Virus record (IMG/VR): IMGVR_UViG_3300030451_003374
Coordinates: 68,947-132,946 of that record
Origin: a virus
Length of the DNA stretch: 64,000 nucleotides
Direction: 5' to 3' (one strand)
The notes beneath the pieces are model-generated. The model saw only the letters and a list, made by a program, of their open reading frames with translations, made no database searches and was not told the origin of the DNA. The translations under genes were made by a program, and so were the position numbers. This document shows, in pieces, positions 36,230 to 43,201 of this stretch; position 1 is the first letter of the stretch; each line of letters starts with the position of its first letter.

Positions 36230-37299
36230 TACATATTACCCCCAAAGACAGACTTCTGAAGTGCAAACCACTCCTCATTGTCATGCAAACCATCAAGATC
36301 ATTGTTATATAATCTCTTTCTATTAGATGATGGAAACTTTAGTTTGTTATCTCTATAATATTCATCACCATTCTGTTCATATATCCACTGTTTGAGTGGC
36401 ATCTTATACTCCTTTGGTTTCTGCCAAGAACTGTTCTCATCTTGATTAGTATGTCCATATCTATTCCAGTTAGGTGTATCAAAGAAGTGGAAGCAATTAT
36501 TATATGGAGCAAACGGTGCTACAGCACCATAGTATCTGATGCTACGGACTGCTGCTGTTTGATATTTGAACATATAACTTCCTGCCCACATCCATTGCTT
36601 TAGACTAGCACCTTCTTTGTTCAAGGCATAGTGCATAGTGTCATAAGTCAGTTCATCTATCCTCTCAGGTATACTCTCCCTGTAATCTCTGTCCCATTTG
36701 TCTGGTGGAAAAGCAAATATCTTACCTGTACCAAATATTTGATCACCAATCTCACCTGTTACAAATATATTGTCCTCGTTTATGTAAGGTTCTACTCCCT
36801 TCCTTACACTCATCCCTGCTTCATAGGGTGCACAGTCTTGAGTATTGTCATGGTGGTGCATGATAACATTCATATTGACATACTCACCTAGTTTACTGAA
36901 TATGAATGGTGCTTCCTTCTCTACCTGAGGGTCACAGTGTACATTTATGGTAAGACCTGTGTTGTGTAAGGCATAGAATACAGTAGTACTATCAATACCA
37001 CCAGACCACAAGAGATTTATCGTTCTACCGTCAGCATATTGGACACATAGATCTGCTGCATCTCTACAGCAATCATCTATAGTCATATCAGTGTGAAAAT
37101 TATTGTCTACGAAATCTGGTAGTGGTGATATAACTGTGTAATTTCTTTTTGTTGGTAATAATCCTGCTCTACATATACATCTCATGCCCATCCATCTGTT
37201 CAATTCATTCTCTTCTTTCAGAAAGAACATTTGATACCTAGGAGTATCAAAATACTTTGCACTAGAGAGATATTGAGATGGCCACTCAAGAAATTGCAT
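36229..37299 (-). CDS. PP-loop ATP pyrophosphatase, Asn-synthetase C-terminal-like, paralog B
   Basis: INLLWSGGIDSTT and FVTGEIGDQIFG; start moved to ATG 37299 because the TTG start lies in the terminator U-tract. Confidence 0.7.
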   Translation of the reverse strand: MQFLEWPSQYLSSAKYFDTPRYQMFFLKEENELNRWMGMRCICRAGLLPTKRNYTVISPLPDFVDNNFHTDMTIDDCCRDAADLCVQYADGRTINLLWSGGIDSTTVFYALHNTGLTINVHCDPQVEKEAPFIFSKLGEYVNMNVIMHHHDNTQDCAPYEAGMSVRKGVEPYINEDNIFVTGEIGDQIFGTGKIFAFPPDKWDRDYRESIPERIDELTYDTMHYALNKEGASLKQWMWAGSYMFKYQTAAVRSIRYYGAVAPFAPYNNCFHFFDTPNWNRYGHTNQDENSSWQKPKEYKMPLKQWIYEQNGDEYYRDNKLKFPSSNRKRLYNNDLDGLHDNEEWFALQKSVFGGNM

Positions 37300-37330
37300 T
37301 ATAAAAGGATCCCATGTAGTATATAGACAC

Positions 37331-37356
37331 AAAAAAAGGGAGTCCGAAGACTCCCC
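37331..37356 (-). terminator. Rho-independent terminator with cUUCGg tetraloop
   Basis: Minus strand GGGAGTC-TTCG-GACTCCC-TTTTTTT downstream of the dctP-like gene. Confidence 0.9.
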
Positions 37357-37378
37357 ATAATTCCATGCACTGTGGAAT

Positions 37379-38338
37379 TTACTTTGTTTCTTTTATAGAA
37401 TCCACAAGTCCCTCTGGGAACATGTGTGCATACTTGTCATAGATGTATGCTGTCTTTTCTTTGAATCTAGACTTCTCTTCGTCGCTCATAGTGACAACGT
37501 TGATGTTCTCATCGGCACATGCAGACTTGACTAAGTCAATGTCTTCCACAGACCAAACTCTTTCTGCTCTAGCAGCATCGAATGATGCGTCTTGGATCTT
37601 ATCTTGAAGATCTTTGTCTAAAGAGTTCCAGAACCCTTCACTTACAATGATTGATGTAAGGAATAGACTGTGTGATGTGTCGTTGATTGTATTCATACAC
37701 TCATTCTGCTTCAATCCAAAGAAGCGAGGGTATGTTGACTCTCCACCAACGATAATTCCAGACTGAACTCCTTCGTTGATCTGCTCTAATTCGATTGGAA
37801 CTGTCTTAGCACCAACGCATTCTAGAGTTTCGATAGCGATAGGAGATTTGTTACAACGTAACTCAAGTCCTTCAAAGTCTTCGATCTTATGTATTTCTGC
37901 GTTTGCAGGGATGTTTCTGTATCCGCCTGAGTATGTGAACGCTAAACCTTTTACTCCGCCCTTTTCACCTTTAGCAGGATCTGCTAAACCATCAAGTAGT
38001 GACTTACCAATAGGACCTTCAAAGACATGACTTGCGTGATCATGATCACGGAACAAGAATGGCATATCTAATGCCCAGAAATCTTTGTTGTGCTTACGAC
38101 CTAATGTTGAGGTATACATCTGGGAGACCTCAATCTTCCCTTCTGCCATTAGTTCGAGTAAGTCGTGCTTAGTAATTGACTCACCGTTATTATACTTCTC
38201 AGCGTACTCAGAGAGTGTGAGAATTTCGATGTTTAAAGCACCTGGTGCGATTGCTTCCATAGATGCCTTGAACTTTCTCGCAGCTCTTAGAAACAATTCA
38301 ATTGGTTCGTGTGCTAGAACCCATCTAATTGTTTTCAT
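37379..38338 (-). CDS. TRAP-type substrate-binding protein (DctP-like) without signal peptide
   Basis: LDMPFLFRDHDHA, DFEGLELR with the conserved Arg, HSLFLTSIIVSEGFWNSLDKDLQDKI; no hydrophobic N-terminus; SD AAGGGG. Confidence 0.85.
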   Translation of the reverse strand: MKTIRWVLAHEPIELFLRAARKFKASMEAIAPGALNIEILTLSEYAEKYNNGESITKHDLLELMAEGKIEVSQMYTSTLGRKHNKDFWALDMPFLFRDHDHASHVFEGPIGKSLLDGLADPAKGEKGGVKGLAFTYSGGYRNIPANAEIHKIEDFEGLELRCNKSPIAIETLECVGAKTVPIELEQINEGVQSGIIVGGESTYPRFFGLKQNECMNTINDTSHSLFLTSIIVSEGFWNSLDKDLQDKIQDASFDAARAERVWSVEDIDLVKSACADENINVVTMSDEEKSRFKEKTAYIYDKYAHMFPEGLVDSIKETK

Positions 38339-38370
38339 AAATTACCCCTTAGGAATAGTTTTACTAATAG

Positions 38371-38378
38371 TATTTATT
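38371..38378 (-). promoter_or_regulatory. T4-type late promoter (AATAAATA)
   Basis: 33 nt upstream of the dctP-like ATG. Confidence 0.55.
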
Positions 38379-38631
38379 AGATGTAAACTTTCTCTGTAGC
38401 AGAAGTTGTTCTACGCTGCCAGTCGTTTCTGTTCCAGAGACGCTCATGTAGAATATAAAGTGTGGAGTTTATGACAAGTGCCATAAGTCCGATTGTAAGA
38501 CCTTTCCAAGGATCACCCGAAACGATCCAACCGATTACACTGTTAGTAACCATCATCCAGCTACGCCATGTAACTGCTTTAGTAATGGTGCGAGGAAAAC
38601 GCTCGAACCACTTAGGATTAACAAAAGACAT
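38377..38631 (-). CDS. DUF2061-like small membrane protein
   Basis: RTITKAVTWR...ILHERLWNR pattern with two hydrophobic segments. Confidence 0.75.
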   Translation of the reverse strand: MSFVNPKWFERFPRTITKAVTWRSWMMVTNSVIGWIVSGDPWKGLTIGLMALVINSTLYILHERLWNRNDWQRRTTSATEKVYI

Positions 38632-38701
38632 AATGTTTTTTGATTATAAAGTTGTTGAACGACGATCTTTTTTGAGACAGGCAGCATCACTCCTCGTACG
38701 T

Positions 38702-39397
38702 TTATATATAAACCTTCCAGTGTTTCACTATTGGATGTTCTGATTCACTCAACTCATGATTCTTTGGTCTCTGATGTAGGAGTGCTATTGCTTTGTTCTG
38801 TCTCAAAATAAAACTATTCAATTGATTTGGTTTCTCTCCATCCCTGTAGGAATATATGCAGTGCGGTAGTTGTTCTCTCTTGATTTTTTCGTTGTGATAA
38901 AAATCATCCGTTCCTGCATATTTAGACACATAATGTTTTGCGTTTTGCATAAAATACTCATAGATTGACGTAGCGTCTTTCCAAACTATAACACTTGAGT
39001 TGAATAAACTCTTGTGTGGGTACTTCATTTTGAAGGGAACTCCCTTCCATGTACTGTATACTAATGCAAAGTTACTATCAAAGTCAAGTACTTGTGAGAT
39101 ATTTCCGTGAATGATAACATCTAGGTCAAAAAAGATCTTTCTGCTATACTGTTCTAACTCAGGACGAACGAAGAGTACTATCTTCCACCACGCTGCCCAC
39201 CAGTTATCCCATGATTGATACTCACTAGCGTCTATCTCTACAACATTTACCTTAGGATCAATCCCCTCTGGATTATCCGTAAAGCAATAAAAATCTGCAT
39301 CAGACTGGCGACTTATCATACCATAAAGATTATTCACATATGAATGGTCAAATTTGTCGCCTATCTTAAGACAAGTTATACAATAACTAGAGGTCAC
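38702..39397 (-). CDS. Nucleotide-diphospho-sugar transferase (GT-A fold)
   Basis: CLKIGDKF..YVN, CFTD, WWKIVLF, FFDLDVII DxD, FNSSVIVW; probable GTG start 39397 after AGGAAG. Confidence 0.75.
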   Translation of the reverse strand: MTSSYCITCLKIGDKFDHSYVNNLYGMISRQSDADFYCFTDNPEGIDPKVNVVEIDASEYQSWDNWWAAWWKIVLFVRPELEQYSRKIFFDLDVIIHGNISQVLDFDSNFALVYSTWKGVPFKMKYPHKSLFNSSVIVWKDATSIYEYFMQNAKHYVSKYAGTDDFYHNEKIKREQLPHCIYSYRDGEKPNQLNSFILRQNKAIALLHQRPKNHELSESEHPIVKHWKVYI

Positions 39398-39791
39398 CTT
39401 CCTTTCTGTTCTCCGAATAGTACTCTTGGAACATACCGTTAGGGTATCTCTTAGATAACTTATCAATATTCATGTCAGTTATCTCCTCAAGAGGTACATC
39501 TAATGCCATGCAGCACTGTGCAACATACCACATGATATCTCCTAGTTCTATCTTGAGATGATGTATATTTGCCTCATCCCATGGTTTGCCTTGGAAGATC
39601 ATCTTCTTTACTATCTCTAAAAACTCTCCACCTTCAGAACATACACCTACTGCTCCTGTCAAAAGACGATGCATTTCAGTGTTCTGCTCCTTCAGGTCTT
39701 GTATACGGTTCATGAATGCTACAGCATCTTTAGATTCGTCACTCGTAACTTGATTTACGAAACGAACATACTTATCAAAATTTGAAGTCAT
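39387..39791 (-). CDS. mazG: MazG-like nucleotide pyrophosphohydrolase
   Basis: EGGEFLEIVKK, ELGDIMWY, NIDKLSKRYP. Confidence 0.9.
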   Translation of the reverse strand: MTSNFDKYVRFVNQVTSDESKDAVAFMNRIQDLKEQNTEMHRLLTGAVGVCSEGGEFLEIVKKMIFQGKPWDEANIHHLKIELGDIMWYVAQCCMALDVPLEEITDMNIDKLSKRYPNGMFQEYYSENRKEGDL

Positions 39792-41157
39792 CGAATTTGG
39801 ATTTGGATTGTGATTGTTCTTTTTTTACATGTTGCACAACTTCTACGTCTTCAACAATATCTTGTTGTGCTCCCTGTTCTACATCATACAGTCGCATCTT
39901 TGCTCTGTCAATGCCTACGACAAATCTTTTGTTGATTGTCGGATCATTGTATCTATTCTTCAACTGTTTGACCATTATTTGATTAAGTCCCTCCAACTCT
40001 TCTGTGCTAATAAGAGCAAACATAAGATCAGCAGTGGCAGGGAGACCAAAAGATTCACTTGTGTCAGTAAGATTAGGGTCAGAACTAGCAAAACCAGACC
40101 TAGTAGTTTGCGTAGCTGAGACAATTGGTAGACTAAACTCAACAGCAAGTCCTCGTAGTTCTTCTGCGATTGCTTTGACATATGAATAGGAATTTACGTT
40201 GACTGCACTCCTATAACGTGATGAAGCACAGATGTTTAGGTAATCTACAAATATTATATCAGGAGAGAAAGATTTTTTCAACTTCAACTCCTGCAATAGT
40301 GACTTGAAGTGTCCACAATGTGCTGATGCAGTAGGATATTCCTTTACAATCAACTTACCCTCTGTCTTCTTAGATAGATTTGTTATCTTTTTGTTGAATA
40401 TTTTCTCAGGTAATTCTGCAATGTCTTTTATATTTGTGTCAAGTAGATTTGCATCTATCCTCTCTGCAATCTTCTCCTCTGCCATCTCAAGAGTGATATA
40501 CAGGACATTTTTACCCTGTACAAGACATGAACTAGCAACATGGCACATGAATAAAGACTTACCAACGCCAGTACCAGCGAGAGCGATATTGAGAGTCTTA
40601 TCAGAGATCCCACCTGAGGTAATTTTGTTGAAGTATTCGAGATCAAATGGTATTTTGTTCTCGACTCTGTGGTAGTAAGCATAACGATCCTCCGAATCAT
40701 CTATGTAATCGTGACCAACGTGTTGGTCGAACCCAACTGCCAGTGCTTCTGACAGTATAGCAGGGATTGCTTCTGGTTTCTTGTGTTCATCTTGTCCATC
40801 AGCAATTTGTATACTTTTGATAAGTGCTAAGTATATCGCTCTCTGTTTACACCAATCCTCTGTAGTATCAAGCAACCATTTTGACTCTGATACCTCAGTA
40901 TCAAGTGCAGATATAAGTTGTTCTATAGTTTTATACTCATCCTCAGTAACATCGACTCGTTTTTCTACCTCAATATGTAAGACCTCTTTAGTAGGAGTCT
41001 TATCATATTCATTCAAAAACTTTGCAACCTCTTCAAAAACAATACGATCTGTCCTTTCTTCAAAATAATCAGGTTCGATGAAAGGTATGACCTGTCGTGT
41101 ATATGTTTCGTTGTGAATAAGATTTTTGAGGATGGTAAGAGGAACTCTTTCCGTCAC
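39775..41157 (-). CDS. gp41: Replicative DNA helicase (T4 gp41)
   Basis: Walker A AGTGVGKS, LEMAEEKI, VDYLNI, ATQTTRSG, KQLKNRY. Confidence 0.96.
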   Translation of the reverse strand: MTERVPLTILKNLIHNETYTRQVIPFIEPDYFEERTDRIVFEEVAKFLNEYDKTPTKEVLHIEVEKRVDVTEDEYKTIEQLISALDTEVSESKWLLDTTEDWCKQRAIYLALIKSIQIADGQDEHKKPEAIPAILSEALAVGFDQHVGHDYIDDSEDRYAYYHRVENKIPFDLEYFNKITSGGISDKTLNIALAGTGVGKSLFMCHVASSCLVQGKNVLYITLEMAEEKIAERIDANLLDTNIKDIAELPEKIFNKKITNLSKKTEGKLIVKEYPTASAHCGHFKSLLQELKLKKSFSPDIIFVDYLNICASSRYRSAVNVNSYSYVKAIAEELRGLAVEFSLPIVSATQTTRSGFASSDPNLTDTSESFGLPATADLMFALISTEELEGLNQIMVKQLKNRYNDPTINKRFVVGIDRAKMRLYDVEQGAQQDIVEDVEVVQHVKKEQSQSKSKFDDFKF

Positions 41158-42165
41158 TTATTCACCTCCATATGTAAACTCTTTGACTGATACTTCATCT
41201 AATGCTTGCATTAGATCTGGTGTAAAATACTTCTCAGGATTATTGTATATCTCTTTAGCATATACTTTCTTACCATCAATTTCATACCTATTAGCAACCT
41301 TCTTTATAACACCATGCTTCTCTGCAAGATCTAGCAGTCCATAGTATCTGTCCAGACCACGTTCATCATAGTATAGACGTATAGAAACTTGACGATTCTC
41401 TCTACTTAGACGAGACTTGACAGTCTTCGCTTTGATAATGTTTCCGATGACTTCCGTGCCATCCTTTTCTTTTCCCTTGCTGAGATATATGATTGTACTT
41501 GCTGCGTACTTGAGTCCACTACCTCCTCCCATTTCTTTAGTTGGAACATAAGCTCCGATGACATCATACGTGTGATTTGTGACAATGAGTGGGACATTTG
41601 CTTGACCTAATTTGAGAGTTAACATTCTAAATGCACCCTTCACAAGTTGAGATTTAGTCATGTCACGGACTTGCTTATCATCCAGTGCATCTTTGATCTC
41701 TTTCTCTGTGGAGAGCATACCCAAAGAGTCTAATACAAACATCATAGGTTTTCTATCTGATTCTTCCAAACCAAGATATTTGTCTACGACGGTTAGTGCT
41801 CTGTTACGAAACTGTTCTATTGTAACTACATTTATAATACCTACACGTTCTAAGTCTATACCACGAGACTCTAACAATCCTTTTGTGATTGCAGACTCTG
41901 TGTCAAAATACATGACACCACCATCAGGGTGCTTGTCTAAGAAGTTCTTGACGATTGCGAGGGAAAAATAAGTCTTTCCTGTTGAGGTTTCTCCAGCAAT
42001 GGCTGTAATCTTATTGCCACTAACGCCACCGAAGACACTGCCACTAACAAGAGCGTTGAGTATGTAAGAACCCGTGTCAACCGTTCTCTCCGTATCATCG
42101 ATTTTGTTCGCAACCGTGGCGTAATCATCTCCAATCTCCTTGATAACGTCTTTCAAAAAATCCAT
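41158..42165 (-). CDS. uvsX: RecA-like recombinase UvsX
   Basis: AGETSTGKT, FDTESA, LDSLGML, MGGGSGLKYAAS. Confidence 0.95.
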   Translation of the reverse strand: MDFLKDVIKEIGDDYATVANKIDDTERTVDTGSYILNALVSGSVFGGVSGNKITAIAGETSTGKTYFSLAIVKNFLDKHPDGGVMYFDTESAITKGLLESRGIDLERVGIINVVTIEQFRNRALTVVDKYLGLEESDRKPMMFVLDSLGMLSTEKEIKDALDDKQVRDMTKSQLVKGAFRMLTLKLGQANVPLIVTNHTYDVIGAYVPTKEMGGGSGLKYAASTIIYLSKGKEKDGTEVIGNIIKAKTVKSRLSRENRQVSIRLYYDERGLDRYYGLLDLAEKHGVIKKVANRYEIDGKKVYAKEIYNNPEKYFTPDLMQALDEVSVKEFTYGGE

Positions 42166-42317
42166 TAGTTTTTATTTGGGTAATAAACTTCAACATATGA
42201 TTCACATTTAGGACATGTGAATGTAGAGACTATCGAGTAGTCTTCCTCACATCCATAGTCTGCACCATCGAAGTCTGCACCCCAGATGAGTTCAGTTTGA
42301 CAGTGCCAGCAATTCAT
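42165..42317 (-). CDS. 50-aa zinc-ribbon protein
   Basis: Hand translation: MNCWHC...FTCPKC..., coupled by ATGA and TAATG overlaps. Confidence 0.8.
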   Translation of the reverse strand: MNCWHCQTELIWGADFDGADYGCEEDYSIVSTFTCPKCESYVEVYYPNKN

Positions 42318-42772
42318 ATGCCAAGAAGTTTACGTTGTCTTTCAAAGTATCCGTGGAGAATCCATGAACTGCTGTTCATTTTATCTGTACCACCGATACC
42401 CCATTCAAACTTAACTCTATCATTGTTTTGGAATTTGTCAAGTTCTGGGGTGTTCCCCTTGCCTCTGTCTCCACCATTGCAAAAGATAACTTCCTGTGCT
42501 ATATCAAGACACTTATCTATTGCACCACAGGCAGAATCATCAGCATCATCCCATGATATCACAGCGTCAACCATATCCAAATGTCTTATTATATCTGCTC
42601 GCTCTGTCCAACTCTGAAAATACTGACCCTTCTTTCTAGTCAACCATGGATCACCATTCAAACCAACCACTAGGTAGTTTGATAGATCTTTTGCTCTAGC
42701 AAAATATTGTATGTGACCACTGTGGATAGGATCAAACCCACCCGTGACCAAACTCACTTTTTCAAAAAACAT
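42314..42772 (-). CDS. Cytidylyltransferase-like nucleotidyltransferase (TagD/RfaE type)
   Basis: VTGGFDPIHSGH (HxGH), NGGDR, KMNSSSWIL. Confidence 0.85.
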   Translation of the reverse strand: MFFEKVSLVTGGFDPIHSGHIQYFARAKDLSNYLVVGLNGDPWLTRKKGQYFQSWTERADIIRHLDMVDAVISWDDADDSACGAIDKCLDIAQEVIFCNGGDRGKGNTPELDKFQNNDRVKFEWGIGGTDKMNSSSWILHGYFERQRKLLGI

Positions 42773-42978
42773 TATACCTTAGGATATAATCTATCTATCT
42801 TGTCTTGTTGAATGCGTTTTTTATTTCTTCTTGCTTCGACTTTCTCATCCCACCATACCACTGGCCACCTACTCTGATGTAGTGCTGCATCAAACTTAGG
42901 ATGATTCTTTATATCGATTAGAGATCCTAACGTAGGAAGTCTACCCTTGCCTGTTGCTCCATACAATTTCATTCTCAT
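42772..42978 (-). CDS. Hypothetical protein
   Basis: 68-aa ORF coupled to its neighbours. Confidence 0.6.
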   Translation of the reverse strand: MRMKLYGATGKGRLPTLGSLIDIKNHPKFDAALHQSRWPVVWWDEKVEARRNKKRIQQDKIDRLYPKV

Positions 42979-43154
42979 GCTACGATACCGTGTTTTTCTC
43001 TGAGTATTTTCTTGTAAGGTAAACCTTGATCTTTGTATTCCTTTACCAACTTCAATTTCTCGTACAAATCACCACACATATTTTCAGATTTCCTGCACTT
43101 CCAGAGAGCAAGTACGATGTAGTCAAACTCTTTGTCGTCTATAGGTAAGTCCAT
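42975..43154 (-). CDS. 59-aa hypothetical protein
   Basis: Hand translation MDLPIDDKEFDYIVLALWKC...HGIVA; ATGA overlap with the next gene. Confidence 0.7.
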   Translation of the reverse strand: MDLPIDDKEFDYIVLALWKCRKSENMCGDLYEKLKLVKEYKDQGLPYKKILREKHGIVA

Positions 43155-43172
43155 AACATGATGTAAAATTAT

Positions 43173-43201
43173 ATTATAGCATCACATGAAAAAACTTTCA
43201 A
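43173..43201 (-). promoter_or_regulatory. Sigma70-type promoter TTGAAA-N17-TATAAT with extended -10 TG
   Basis: -35 at 43201-43196; TGcTATAAT at 43181-43173; upstream of the uvsX-41 operon. Confidence 0.75.

Noticed and set aside
35027-37299. QueC / 7-deazaguanine DNA-modification pathway
   Set aside because: The PP-loop is internal rather than N-terminal, the QueC Zn-binding Cys motif is missing, and no folE, queD, queE or dpdA is in the window
38553-38690. 44-aa upstream ORF after GAGGAG overlapping the DUF2061 gene
   Set aside because: The SD is only 2 nt from the ATG, the ORF is out of frame over a real gene, and it has no features
38689-38699. ACTCCTCgtAC resemblance to the cyanobacterial Yfr1 sRNA motif
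   Set aside because: Mostly the complement of an SD-like sequence; no flanking Yfr1 hairpin or terminator
35027-38713. Lasso-peptide gene cluster
   Set aside because: No B1/B2 (RRE, transglutaminase-like protease) genes and no precursor with the leader Thr and Gly...Asp/Glu ring pattern were found nearby
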